Shown here piece by piece: positions 41,197-56,000 of a DNA stretch of 64,000 nucleotides. A program made the translations under genes and the position numbers. The notes beneath the pieces are model-generated. The model had not been told where the DNA came from. It worked only from the letters and a program-made list of their open reading frames with translations, and did no database searches. How positions within the stretch are numbered: position 1 is the stretch's first letter; each line of letters starts with the position of its first letter. The DNA comes from Octopus vulgaris (Eukaryota), in contig OX597817.1 of NCBI GenBank assembly GCA_951406725.2, positions 10,478,001 through 10,542,000 on the forward strand, written 5' to 3'.

Positions 41197-44100
41197 TACA
41201 TAATAGTAGCATTTTGTTTTTGCTTGTCTGTTTGTTGTTTTTGTCTTCTGTTTCTATTAGTACACTAATTCCTAATATGGTACTATTATATGTTCTTCAT
41301 ATACATATATCTATAATAACATATCAACCATCTAAGATATGTTATAACATAACACATCCAAGCAATATATCAACCTGTCTGTGATAGTATACTAAATTAT
41401 GATATGGTATTGTTATAAGTTCTCCACACACTAGTATCCACAGTGTGTTATAACATACTAATAATCTTTCTTAGTATACTAAACTGTGAGACAATATTGT
41501 TACATGTTCTCCATATACAAAATATTTGTAACATAAATTGTTTGTTTGAATACATCAAACTATGTCACAGTTATATCACAAGTTCTCCATATAATGATAT
41601 GTTTTATGTTCAGTAACATACCAGATATCTTCTTTTTTTAGTCTACTAAACTTTCAGATACCATTTCCAATGTTTCAAACTTATGTACTAACTATTAGTA
41701 TACTAAATTATCATACACTTCTTTGTTATGTTCTTCACATACTAAGCTTCCTGTATTAATATACTAAATTGTAATATATTACAGTACAGCAACGTTCTCC
41801 ACTTACTAACATATGTACTGAACTGTAACATACCAACAATTAGTATACTAAATTATTGTGCAGTATTTGTAATGTTCCCCACTAGACTATAATATATTAC
41901 AATACAGCAACAACAGTTCTCCACATACCAATATATGTAATGTATAATAACATACCAATATGTAGTATACCAAGTTATGTTAGAGTACTTTGCTATGTCC
42001 ACCACAAAACTACGGAATATTATAGTTGCATGTTCTCCACATATTATTATAGCTAATATTATGTAACAGATGGAGAGTTGGGAGAATTGTTAGCATGCCA
42101 GGCAGTCAAAATGCTTAGCGCCATTTCATCTGTCTTTGTGTTCTGAGTTCAAATCCACTGAGGTCAACTTTGTCTTTCATCCCTTTAGGGTCAATAAAAT
42201 AGGTACCTGCTGAGTACTAAGGTCGAACTTGCTGGCCTTGTGCCAAAGTTTGAAACCAATATTCTGTAACACTCTGACTAAAGCTAAGCCATACACTTCA
42301 CTAATATATTTAATAAATTGAAAAAGTGACTTTATTTTGTCCTTTAGATCTTTAGATGCTTTGAACCATTTTGTATTCTGGATATGTTATAATGCTGCCT
42401 CTTTTGAGTACTATATATGGTTTTATTTAGTTTTAACAGTGTATGTTGGATTGTATTTTCTTTGTCAGTGACTGTGTGTGTATATTAGTAGCTGTAGGTC
42501 ATTCTTTATTGGTTATAATGTGGTTTATTAATAAAGATGATTGATCTGGGTCATAGAAGAGAAACTTATCCAAGGGTTGTTTAAAATTTTCAGCAGAAGC
42601 CATTACTACAGTCTTTAGTTATTTTCTCAGCAAAGAAATAAGCAGGTGGTGTCCCCTCAAGGCATAACTATTGTAGTATTGTAATCAATTGTTAATTCGT
42701 AAGAGCACTGGCACTTGACACTTTATTCCCATCTCAATGTTGTATATCAAAATTTGGTTCTTTACTCTCTTCTAAATGCACTCTCCCTTTCACTCTCTCT
42801 CTTTCTCTCTCTCTCCCTCTCCTTGCATTCTAAGGAACAGAGCCTCAAGGACTTGACTCTAGAGGTTAAATTATTATTATCATTATATTTATTTATTTAC
42901 TTATTTATTTATATATTTTGGTGAAGAATTTTGTAGTCTACAATTTATTTATGTACTAAGCTATGACATGGTATTATTTTAAATTCTCCTGACCCTAATA
43001 TCAATTAATTTGCTACTATGCTGGCCGCTTTTGCTGATATACTAAATCTCCACATGGTACTGTTACAAATTCTCCACATACAATTTTATTTCTAGTAACA
43101 TGATGATTGCTTCTGGTAGTATACAAAACTATAACACAGTCCTGTTACAAGTTCTCCCATATAGCAATAGATATATTCTTATACAATAATGGCTGTTTTT
43201 GGTTAATATACTAAACTCTGTCGCAAGTTCTTCACAAATGTCCATAATAACACATCTATCATCTGAGATATATTATGACATAACACTTCAAGACAACATA
43301 TCAGCATGTCTGTGACAGTATACTAAATTATGATATGGTATTGTTATAGGTTCTCCACACACTAGTATCCACAGTGTGTTATAACATACTAATAATCTTT
43401 CTTAGTATACTAAACTGTGAAACAATATTGTTACATGTTCTCCACACTCAAAATATTTGTAATGTAACATATTGTTTGTTCGAAGACATCAAACTATGTC
43501 ACAGTTGTGTCACAAGTTCTCCACATACTGATATATTTTGTCTTCTGTAACAAACCAACTGTTTTTTTTCTTTTCATTAAGTGAACGTCTTCTTCATTTA
43601 CTGATATTTCCAATATACTAAAACATAATGACTATTATTTCTTAACAAACTAACTTACGATACAGAACCATAAATGTTCTGTATTAGTACAATATGTAAC
43701 TTTCAATGTAACTATACATTTAAAATGAACTTAGAGATCTTTCTTATATTTGTTTTATAGTTGTTTTGCAGGGTAACCTGAACAGTTCTTCATGAAGCAA
43801 ACCAGTTGCAATCAAATAAGATATTCATCTGATATTTCTGGTTATGGTGATGTTGTCCTTATTACAAAACATGCTGACCTGAGATTCAGGAGTTAAAACA
43901 TGTAATCTTCATTCTAAAAGCATAAATCAGAGATATATTAAAAATATACAAAACTGCATTAGACCACTTAGAAACTCTTTCACCAGCTGATTATTTATTC
44001 TTAATTATGATTGTAAGAAATTAAAGATATTTTGCATGTGCAAACTATATGGTAGCAATACTATCTACATGGTTTATAAATTTGTGTATGACATAAACAT

Positions 44101-45355
44101 GCTACTCAACATTTTGATATAACCTAAATACTAAAACTATAGGTGAATCGCTTCTGAGTCTCAACCTTAGTTTGCTTCATAGAATGGTATTAAAGACATC
44201 ATTAATCTAATTTGATTCTTTAGTGTAACTAATACCTCTGGAAAGGGTTTGATAGTTGTTGATGGTACTTTTTCCTTCCTAAAACCCTAATGCTTCCTTC
44301 TAATGGAAGAAATGTCTATAGTCAAGTGATATGTAATTATTTTATGTTATATGATATGATGCAGGCATGAGATATGTAATTAAAAGAGAGAATGTCATTT
44401 TCTAAGCTGCACCTTAAATATTACGATATTACACCATCTGACTTCACAGTTGCAACATATCTTCTTTACCATGTATCCAATCAATTATATATGTGTGTCT
44501 GTGTGAATGTATGAGAGGGACACTCACAAAGAGAGATAAAGGTGTGTGCCAGCGTTATCCATTTGACAATCTTGTTTTGTATTTTTCTATCATTAAAAAA
44601 AAAGCCAAGATTAATAAAATAAGGTCTAGTAATATAGCATGAATGATTTAGTACACAATTTTGCTTCCTATGCTGAAGAAACCTTGAAATAATCTTGTGT
44701 GTGTGTGTGTGCATGTGTGTTTGATACAAATTTGTGTGTGCATGTGTGTTTGTGATACAAATTTGTGTGTGCATATGTATATATATACATGCATGTAGAA
44801 AAAAGATGTAATAAGTCATTATTTAAAAAAAAATAAAATATAAAGTAATCATTAATAAACTTATTAATTACACTGTTTAGCAGTTTTTCATCAAAGAAAG
44901 AAAACAGAAGTAATTATATAAACCCTCCTCCATACCATCCCATCTCAATTTACAAAAATTCACTATGTGAATGATAAGATCTGGTAAAGATTTAGATTCA
45001 ATAATGTATTTCTTAATAAACACTTCATAATTTACAATGAATGATAAACTAGGAAGAAAAATAATCAATACTCATAGTGAACATTTGAGATATCACGTTC
45101 CTGAAATTTTCAAAGAACAGCTGAAATTAAATGAGTGGAATATAAATCAACTTCATTCAGTGACATTTTTAATTAAAGGTCAATTGGAACAAAATATCGT
45201 TGTTAAAAGATTAAATGATTTTGCTGAATGCCAATTTCACTATTTGTATATGAGTTTATGCATAAATTACATTTGTACATACACACATAATAAGGAATAT
45301 GTTGACACGTGGGTATATACATTCATGTACGTATACATATTATGTGTGTGTGTTT

Positions 45356-45403
<48 letters not shown>

Positions 45404-45457
45404 ATATAGTATATATATACATGCAGATATATATATGTACATATACATATGTATATA

Positions 45458-45499
<42 letters not shown>

Positions 45500-46421
45500 T
45501 ACATATATACATATATATTTATATATATGTCCATTATTTGTAAATGATATCTGTGTACACATAATTTGTTGATAATGCACACACATACACACATACACAC
45601 ATACACACACACACACATATACATGGGGAATTGATAGCAAAATTGATAAAGGTAGACAAAATGCCTTGTGGTATTTAGTTATAGCTCTTTATGTTCTGAT
45701 TTCAAATCCTCTTGGAATCAACATTGCTTTTCATCCTTTAGGGTAAAGTAATACTCAAGTGCTAGATGTAATTTAATCAACATAACCCCTACTTCTTTAT
45801 TATGACCTACGCTTACAATCAATATATATGTATGTGTGTGTATGCATGTATATATATGTGTGTATATATATATATATATATTTGTGTGCGTGTGTGTATA
45901 AATATATGTATGTGTGTATGAAGTGATTTTGTTATAATATATGGGTGTATTTGTGCGAAGTGGTTACTAGTGATATAGTGGTACTTAGTGATTATTAGTG
46001 ATATAGTGATATTTAGTGAAAGTTTTTATATTCTGAGTGATCGATTAAATCAACTATACCTACCTCCTTCTAAAAATTTGTAGTTTTGTAACTTTGTTAG
46101 AAGTTGTTGTTGTTGTTTTTATCACTGTTGTTTTCATTTATTAGGGGTCATTTAAAAACTGTTTGTCATGTAGGCAGGCACAAAGCCAGAAATTTGAGGG
46201 AAGGAAGTTGGTTGATTAAAAACTACTTTCAGTTCTTGAATGAGACTTTAATCTATCAACCCCCTTAAGGAACAAAGGCAAAGTTAATCTCATCAGGATT
46301 TGAAGATAAAGACCCAGAAGTCATTTTGTCGAATGCTCTAATGATTCTACCAGGCTGTTGCTTAGTCTTTAGTAACAACAAAAACAACAATTAATATTAT
46401 TATTATTATTATTATTGTTGC

Positions 46422-46491
<70 letters not shown>

Positions 46492-46837
46492 TTATTTCTC
46501 ACAGCTCTTAATCTTTCATGTCATTTATTTATGAAAGCAAGTGTATCAATGTGAGATGGTACATTACAGGTACTTGCAAGCTTTCAATCACACTTGCTCC
46601 AGTTAATTTTGTGAAAACAGGTAGTAACCTGTTGCCAAAGATCTCACGAATTATAAGACCTGGTACCTCGATCTTGGAAGATATTCAGCACCCAAGTACC
46701 AATCTCAAAATCCTCTCTGCCCCTAGCAGACCAGCTTTTGGAGCATGTTCTGCCCTCATGTCATTCCAAAGCATGCCCTATTCTCGTTATTATTACAACT
46801 TGTATTATTATTATTATTATGATTATTATTATTATTC

Positions 46838-46985
46838 AGTAGTATATTTTTTATAGTGTGCTTTCACTTCACTACCGAGCACAGCTTTGTGCACCTTGGG
46901 TATGTGCTGTGATTTGTTGTGATGCTCTGATGGTTATTGTATGGAAAGTGTTCTGCGTAGGATGTGTGCAGTGTCTAGTAGTGCA

Positions 46986-46987
<2 letters not shown>
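46838..46987 (-). mobile_element. R4/Dong 3' end (same subfamily as 8528)
   Basis: IALLDTAHILRRTLSIQ* plus UTR within (TAA)n. Confidence 0.85.
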
Positions 46988-47034
<47 letters not shown>

Positions 47035-47035
<1 letters not shown>

Positions 47036-47172
47036 TTTGGCTTTTGCATTGTATTTGTACAAGTTGACTCCAAGTCTCACCCAGGGACTTCAAGGGACAA
47101 GTTAGAAGTTCAAGTTGGTGTTAATACTAGGGTGCCATATTTTTGGTTTTGCATGACAGCATAAGGAAGTAT
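47035..47172 (-). mobile_element. Probable R4/Dong 3' UTR of another subfamily
   Basis: Abuts (TAA)n at its 3' end. Motif cccttgaagtccctgggtgagacttgg. Confidence 0.45.
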
Positions 47173-47677
47173 ATCATTACAACGGTCATCAATGCCATCG
47201 CCATCATCATCACCATCATTATCATCATCATTACTATTACAATTAGCATTCAGCGAGAGACTAAATTATCAGAAATATGGTGCAACAATCTCTAACTATC
47301 AATTATTGATATGTCAAATGTTCCAGAAAGCATGCACCGATGCTATCTAACAGCAGCCGCCATTTCACATCTAGAAATTGTTACTTGGTCAATTCGCTTT
47401 GCCATCAATAGACATTATCAGTATATTTCCGTATCAATACATATTGATATATCTATCAATTAAATAAACAATTTCATGTTTTAAGTCATTTATTTATGAA
47501 AACAAGTGTACTGACATGAGTCAGTACATTATAGGTGCATGCAAGCATCCTTATATATACATATATAACCAACTATTAACATATATATGTGTGTGTGGTG
47601 TGTATATATATAAATTAGATGTTGGATTGTTAGCCCCTACACGCAATTTTTTTCTCTCCTTGTTTTTTTTCTGTGTA

Positions 47678-47715
47678 TCTTTCTGTCGAAGAGCATAGGC
47701 TCGAAACGTAAAAGA
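47678..47715 (+). ncRNA. Minimal hammerhead-like motif in a PLE pseudo-LTR fragment (47605-47815)
   Basis: tcttt-CTGTCGA-a-gagc-atag-gctc-GAAA-cg-TA-aaaga; core A6 is U. Confidence 0.6.
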
Positions 47716-47999
47716 CTTGTTTTATTTCTATTCCTGAGCGTCATACTAATGTATTGTTTGTTTGTACTCCACCTGCCTTCGTCTTTTGTTTATTTTCGTA
47801 AACCTTCCCGTTATAAATTAGGGTATCTGAGCGATACCACTATGCTGAAATAGCAGTTATTACTTTTGTATGGTATTTATTCCCATGCTGGCCACTTGAT
47901 AAGATCGATATTTAAATATCGATATTATCCTTATTTATAAATATATATATATATGTGTGTATGTGTGTGTTTGTGTGTGTGTGTGTGTATATATTATAT

Positions 48000-48040
<41 letters not shown>

Positions 48041-48041
48041 G

Positions 48042-48074
<33 letters not shown>

Positions 48075-48954
48075 CACACACACATATATATATATACATG
48101 CACACGCACATACATATATATAGATGTGTGTGTATTTATATCTAATTTTATTATGGCTTGCACTGCTGAACTTTTATCATTACCAGTCCTACATGAACAT
48201 GGACATTTACACATGGCTTTGTAACTGAATATTCTACTTTGGTTTAAGTGTTACTGCTCTTTTTAGCATATGGTTATTTTCTTAAACCTACAGTCTGTGA
48301 AAGTGGGTGTTCTTTGAAGAAAGATAGATAGTTGAAAGAGGTAATGGAATTCAGTTTGGACAATAGCATGAAGCTATGAAAAATGCCACATGTTTAATGT
48401 ATGCAACTGCATTCTGTAAGAGAATGGCCAAGAGCATCAAGCAATAGGAACATTTGCTACAATAAAAACCTTCCCATTTATTTTTGCATGGAAACAAAAT
48501 GACCAAAACAGAGGATTTCAGATATTTTCAATTATTTTTTATTTCACTTCTCACCACAGTTTTAATGTCCACTTTTCCATGTTTCCATGGGTCAAATAGA
48601 AATTGTTGACACAGATTTTCTATAGGTAGATACTTGTTGCCAATCCTCATCTGTTCCCAGGGAAGGTGAAATTTCCCCTTGGCCAGACATGTTTTCATGG
48701 AGGATTGGAAATCAGCAATGCTGCTTGTATGGCAACCCTCAGTTACAACTGACAGACGATGTCATGATAAAGTCACATACACACCTAAACCTCCATCCAT
48801 CCATATATACATTCATACATTTACACATAGACATACACAGTGGCTTCTAGGGAGTTATATTGTCCAAGGTACCATGTGTAGTGGGACTGTCCCAGACCAT
48901 GTGCTAAGATTGAATGGATCCACATACTATTATATAGTAAAAAAAAAAAATAAA

Positions 48955-49203
48955 TGCATGCTTTTTTTAAAGTCTCGCCAGGCTCATGGGCCCGGTTTCC
49001 TGGTTTCTATAGCATACATGTTCCCCAGCTGGATGGGACGCCAGTCCATGGCAGCGTTACTCATTTTTGCCAGCTGAGTAGATTGGAGCAACGTGAAATG
49101 AAATGTTTTGCTCAAGAACACAACGCGTTGCCCGGTCAAGATATCGAAACCACAATCTTACGATCATGATGCTGACACCCTAACCACTAAGCCAAGCACC
49201 TCC
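48955..49203 (-). mobile_element. tRNA-derived SINE
   Basis: Minus-strand head tggcttagtggttagggtg..ggtttcgatatc. Paralog of 35395. Confidence 0.85.
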
Positions 49204-49704
49204 AAATTATATAGTAAATTTACAAAACAATTAAATTGTAAAATACTGAAATGTTTGTTTTGTTTATTATTCTGAATAGATGTTAAGGCTTTATGCACTA
49301 CGGGGAGTAATGTGACTGTCATGCATATTTTTAAGGGTTGTAGTAAAGTACATGAAATTGAAAGGCTACAAGTTAGAAGTAAATCATAACTCAGTTATTT
49401 TCCAGTTATACACAACAGCCCCCACCCCATCGACAGTCATAGTCAAGCAATAAGGTAACTTTATGATTGCCCAACCCTTATCACAGCAGAAATAAAATAG
49501 CTGAGTGAATATTGCATAAGATGTTAAAATCAAACTCATCCATAGAAGTAATTTTGCTTAGTAAATTTCATAATATATATACTCACTGCCAAGAAGAGCC
49601 ACCAGATCTTCTAGGATACCTATAATATTGAAAATACACAGGAAATTTTCCATTCTGGGAAAAAAATTGTTTACCGTCAGTATTAAAATCTCACAAATCA
49701 CATG

Positions 49705-49837
49705 CTAACCAACCACATGGTTCCGGGTTCAGTCCCACTGCGTGACACCTTGAGCAAAGGTCTCCTTCTATAGCCCCGGGTCGACCAATGCCTTGTGAGT
49801 GGATTTGTTAGACGGAAACTGAAAGAAGCCTGTCGTA

Positions 49838-49880
<43 letters not shown>

Positions 49881-50095
49881 CTGTGTTTGTCCCCCTAGCA
49901 TTGCTTGACAACCGATGCTGGTGTGTTTACGTCCCCGTCACTTAGCGGTTCGGCAAAAGAGACTGATAGAATAAGTACTGGGCTTACAAAGAATAAGTCC
50001 TGAGGTCGATTTGCTCGACTAAAGGTGGTGCTCCAGCATGGCCGCAGTCAAATGACTGAAACAAGTAAATGAGTAAAAGAGTAAAAGAGAGAGAG
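49705..50095 (+). mobile_element. SINE family B
   Basis: Paralog of 36468. Confidence 0.9.
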
Positions 50096-52131
50096 TAGGT
50101 GCAGGTATAGCTGTGCAAATAAGAAGTTTGTTTTATGGTTCCAAGTTCAATACTGTTGTGTAGTACCTTGGGTACATGTCTTCTACTATAAATCCAGGTT
50201 AGCCAATATCTTATGAGTCAAATTTACAAAATGAAAATTGTGAAGGACAAATGCCATTTAGTATTTTTATCCAATGCTCTAACAATTTTGATAGTGCTAA
50301 AAACAAAAAAGCAGTAACTGTAAAGTACTAGAGATCTATTGAACTGAGTTATATCTTTCCTAAAATCTGTAGCCTTGTACTAAAGTTAGGATGAAGGTTA
50401 GAAATAATTCATTTCAGAGAAACAGATTTCTTTTATATATTTTGTTTTGTTTTAGACAGATTTTAATTTTTTTGTTCAATTTTGTCAACTCAAAGAAATA
50501 TGTCACGTGATTCCATATTTTATTTTCTATTTATTTGTCTCCTTCACACTGGCTTTTCATTGATTACAAAGTGCAACCACCTAACTGAACACCATAGCAA
50601 CCCTGCAGAAAATATCAATGACTCTGTACGACAATCGATAAATAGAACTTTTGATGGCTGGTCAACTGGTTAGTTGGTTGATTGAATAGTTACTTGTTGG
50701 TTAGTTTCAAAGAACATAGGAAATTAATGAATGTCTGGGAAGCGCTATCACATTCCCACACTGGGAATACAGTCAGAACTGACCAAAGTACAAAATGAAA
50801 ATGTCTCAAGCTAGACAAATTTAGTTACAACCACCTGTAGGACATCGTCTTTGCAACACACAACAGAAAATAATATATGTGTATATTAAACTATAGGCTT
50901 CCTGGTTGACTCTAACTGTCTATGACTCACAGTTTTATACTGCAGAAGGTATATGCAGCAATAACAGATGTTAAGAAAGATCAAATCTGAGCACTGACTG
51001 AAAAATATTAAAAAAAAACTTTTGCCTTCACCAGCAGTGCTTAGATTTCATTTCCATTGCCATCTGATGATTGGGATATGAAATATGAAATCATGAGTTG
51101 ATTACAAATACAATAACCTAATAAGTATTTAACCACACCTACAATTTATAATATATTTATAATATATATTGTATGCGCATGTATTTATGTGTATTATACA
51201 TATATATAAATATATTATTAATAATAATAGTAATAGTAATAATAAAATACAGTATTGTAGTCCCATAATAGCCAGATTACCAATTGGTTTCATACCAGAG
51301 GTTGAGAACCAACTCCAGCAATCATCGGAAATGACTGAAAAAAGTAGTATGGTATAGGCTCCATTTTATCCTTTTATTTCTTATTAATTTAATTTTTCAT
51401 TTTACTTGCTATTTTTTACTTTTTCAATCTCAGAAGAACAATACTTTTCCTTTACTCTAGCATCTTAATTCTAACAGAGTCAAAACAGAAAGGGAACAAG
51501 CAAGGAACAACTGGCCAGTGAAGTGATGACATGTCTTACCACTGGCACTAGACTGTGATCATGGTTTATTCTATTTAATGTTAAATAAATGGCATATATA
51601 GATGCCACTCACTAAAACTATAAACCAGGAGTTGCATGCAATTAGCAAGTGTTTTAACTTCTAATATGATGTAATTCTTCTATAGACTTCTAGAAAGTAC
51701 CTAAAGACTTTCATAGTACATCCATCATCTTGTTAATCACTATAGAAAAAGTAAGAATTTGTTAGCATCCAGGATCAACATTATATTGAGTTATAGATCC
51801 AAGAATTATGCCATATGTTTAGAAATAAAAAGAACTAATAATTAGAGCTGAAAACCAGATAATAGAAAGATTATGCAACATTGCCCATTATGGGTAGAAA
51901 TTGAACTCTCTGCCTTCTCTAAACCCTTTCCATACCTTTTTCATTGGTATTGCTATGTAAACATATTCGGTGGCATATACTTATAAGCACTGAACTTATA
52001 GGATCCAAATGAGCAACCCTAAAATATGTTTATACGTGTATAATTATAAACATATATGATCTTTACATATATCAAAATGAAATTAGACATGTATACACCC
52101 AGCGCACACAAACACACACACAGTTTTTATA

Positions 52132-52389
52132 TTGAGTTGTCAGATAAATTCATTTATCTTTTGGAATTTTTTTTTTCTACTTGGCACTCCATTGTCTGAA
52201 AAGAGGCAAAATTTATTTTAATTTCAAAAATGATAAACAAAAGTTGTAGGGAAAGAATAGATCTACAAAAAAACCAAAAGAAAACTGCAAAACATAATGA
52301 TGGAAATATTTTTCATGTTAATTCAAATAACAATGGAAAAGATTAAAATAAATGAAAAAAAGAATTAATGGCTTTATCTGACAACCTAA
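52132..52389. mobile_element. mariner-like MITE
   Basis: TIRs ttgagttgtcagataaa / tttatctgacaacctaa flanked by TA. Confidence 0.75.
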
Positions 52390-52434
52390 TATAACAATAG
52401 TATGCACACATCTATTGGCTTATGATCTATTTCA

Positions 52435-52671
52435 GGTGGCGAGCTGGCAGAATCGTTAGCATGCCGGGCGAAATGCGTAGCCGTATTTCGTCTGCCGTTA
52501 CGTTCTGGGTTCAAATTCCGCCGAGGTCGACTTTGCCTTCCATCCTTTCGGGGTCGATAAATTAAGTACCAGTTATGCACTGGGGTCGATATAATCGACT
52601 TAATCCATTCGTCTGTCCTTGTTTGTCCCCTCTGTGTTTAGCCCCTTGTGGGTAGTAAAGAAATATATTTC
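52435..52671 (+). mobile_element. SINE family C with 26-bp TSD
   Basis: atgcacac(a/t)tctattggcttatgatc at 52402-52427 and 52672-52697. Confidence 0.9.
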
Positions 52672-53279
52672 ATGCACACTTCTATTGGCTTATGATCATC
52701 AGCTGTGTCAGATTGGATCTGAATGGCTGCTGCAAAATGTGCCAATTCACAGAGGCTTTTCTAGATCCATACAGATACATCTCACAGTTGTAAGCCGTCA
52801 GAGACTTGACTGAAAGTAAAGCTATGTAATTTGTTCATTTGATCATTATATAGAACTAGTCACTTTTTCTTTGTATATTGAGTACTCCTATTTTTACTTA
52901 TGAACTATTCCTGATCACATACCAACACACACACACACATACACACACACACGCATATGCATGTATATATGTTTACATGCTCACATATACATATATACAC
53001 GTACATACATATACACATATACATGAGCGCACATGCATACACACATATTCTGTTTCCTTTATTTGTATGTATGATGATGATGATGATGATGATGATGTAC
53101 CCATGACTTGTGTTTTACTAATGGTTGTAAATTTTGTTATCAGTGTTGATATTAAAAGGGTGATATCTTTTATGTATACCTGCACATGTATGCCAATGGA
53201 ATATATATTACATAGATTCATATCTACATATATTTGAGTTATTTACATAAGCATGCAAATATATAAGATATATGTGTGC

Positions 53280-53321
<42 letters not shown>

Positions 53322-53388
53322 TTTAATGTATAAAGATGGTTGTGTATGAAACATGTTTGACATGTACATGTGGATATATAAGAATATA

Positions 53389-53449
<61 letters not shown>

Positions 53450-53465
53450 TACATATGCATATAAC

Positions 53466-53501
<36 letters not shown>

Positions 53502-53559
53502 GTACATATATATAAATATATATATATACATATGTATATATATTAATATATATATATAC

Positions 53560-53640
<81 letters not shown>

Positions 53641-53677
53641 TGTATGTATGTATTATATATATATATATATATATGTA

Positions 53678-53709
<32 letters not shown>

Positions 53710-53762
53710 GTACATATATACATATATATATATATGTACATATATACATATATATATATATA

Positions 53763-53849
<87 letters not shown>

Positions 53850-54675
53850 CACAGGTATATATATATGTGTTTCAGGGATTTGTTGTATGTATAAGCAAAT
53901 GTATTTCAATTGAAAAAAAATGTCTCTTTGCATGAGACGGCCTATGTTTGAACTGAACCTCCTACAATATTTCCAGCAAAATGTAAAATGTGTGTTTCAG
54001 AGATTTTATTCCTAAACAAGGTGTCTCACTATAGGCCGAGCCTGCTATTATTTATGTGCATTGAATGTGGTGTGGATGGGCAAAACATACTGAAGACAAT
54101 CTGTGAATGATCGAGTTAAAAAGACTTCTCTGAATTTTAGACTTTGATTCCAGACTTCTGAGACACTCTGTTATATTAATAACAATTTATAATAATTTGT
54201 TTTAACAATTATAAAGGTAACTGTTATTGATGATATCATAATTATGATAATGTACAGGCAACCCAAATTGAACTGATATTTCTGTGTAGAAAAAAAAATA
54301 ATGAAACAAAATATAATTAAGTGTTTAATCATTTATTTAAATTCTTGTTTTGTTCGTTCGTTTGTTTGTTTTATTAATTATAATTTTTTTTTATATCAAT
54401 TGTATGTCAAATCTCTGAAATGTTGGGAGCTGTGTTTATTTTCATTTAATTATTCTTAACCTTTTTTTTTTTTCCTGTTTTGTTAACTTTCTTGTTGTTG
54501 CTCAACATTTTAGGGGACTTTTTACCCAAATTTTTGTTTGTTTAATATTTTCATAACTTTCAAAAGAAAACAAGAATGGAGAGTGTTTTTATTATTATTA
54601 TTTTGTTGTTGTTGTTGTTGTTGTTGTTCCTTATCATCCCCTTGAAAATCAATCTTCTTTCTCTCTTTCTCTCTC

Positions 54676-54744
<69 letters not shown>

Positions 54745-55293
54745 TTACTCTATTTCTCTATCGATCTAGCTATTTATCTATCTATTTATCTGTCAGTCTT
54801 TATACTGATTCACAACCAGTACAAATCATTTACAAATCACTTCCACAAAGAAAACCTTCAGCCCTTCCCATCTTACCATCTACAAATCAAAGAATAAAAT
54901 ATTAAAACTCACAAGATTCCACTAAATACTGACACTGAACAGTAAAAAGAACTGAAACAGCATAGATATGTGCCTCAGTCTGTTACTGTTGCTGCTGCTG
55001 CTGCTGCTGCTGTTGTTGATGTTGCTGTTGTTTTATTAATGTGATTTTGGTCATTGCCTCTCATTTAACTTCACACTAACCTCCAGAACTTTCCTCTTAA
55101 AATACAACTTGGAATGATGGAAAAGTAATATATGTGTGTGTGTGCTTCTTCACATATGGATACAATGCACACACACACACACACACACCACATAAAAGCA
55201 TATATGTGTGTGTGTGTGTGTGTGTGTGTATGAGTGTTTATCAAATATATGCATGTGTAACATGTATGTAAATATATATATATATATATATAT

Positions 55294-55403
55294 AGATAAA
55301 TTAAGTACCAGTTGCGCACTGGGGTCGATGTAATCGACTTAATCCCTTTGTCTGTCCTTCTTTGTCCCCTCTGTGTTTAGCCCCTTGTGGGTAGTAAAGA
55401 AAT
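55294..55403 (+). mobile_element. 5'-truncated SINE family C in (TA)n
   Basis: Matches the 3' half of family C. Confidence 0.85.
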
Positions 55404-55632
55404 ATATATATATATATATATAAGCATATAATGTGTAAACTATGTATATCCATATAAAGTGTGTGTGTGCGTGAGTGTGTGTGTGTGTGTGTGTGCATGT
55501 GTGTGCATGTGTGTGTGTGTATGTAATATATATAATATATAAATGTCATACCATATTGTATTTTTTGCTGTATTTGGAGACATTTAAAACTCGGATAGAA
55601 AATGAAAACATTTCAGATAAAGAAGCACACAT

Positions 55633-55670
<38 letters not shown>

Positions 55671-55962
55671 ACACACACAGAGTTACTGCTGCCACTACCA
55701 GTACCATCACCACAAGTAGATCCAAAAATGCTAAAACCCTTTTAGCAACATCCTGATATTGTCAGTGCCATTTACATTGGTCCTTTAATAAAATGGACCT
55801 TTAAATCGAATTAAATTGTTCTTGAAGACGGTTGGAATTGAACGTCTTCATTTTAAATGATGTTCTAATTAAATTGTTCGTTTAAACGATCAACAATATT
55901 TAATTGTTGATGAAACAGAGTGCATTAAAGTAAGACAATCAAGTGAGATACAGTAATACAAG

Positions 55963-56000
<38 letters not shown>

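Larger units (their letters stand above)
36300..43560. repeat. Diverged satellite (65-90 bp units) with higher-order duplications
   Basis: Recurrent tagtatactaaa..gttctccaca motif. Conserved block at 38608, 40051, 41387 and 43318. Confidence 0.85.

Noticed and set aside
55822-55850. Small hairpin tgaagacg..cgtcttca as a miRNA
   Set aside because: Stem too short and no recognised mature sequence.
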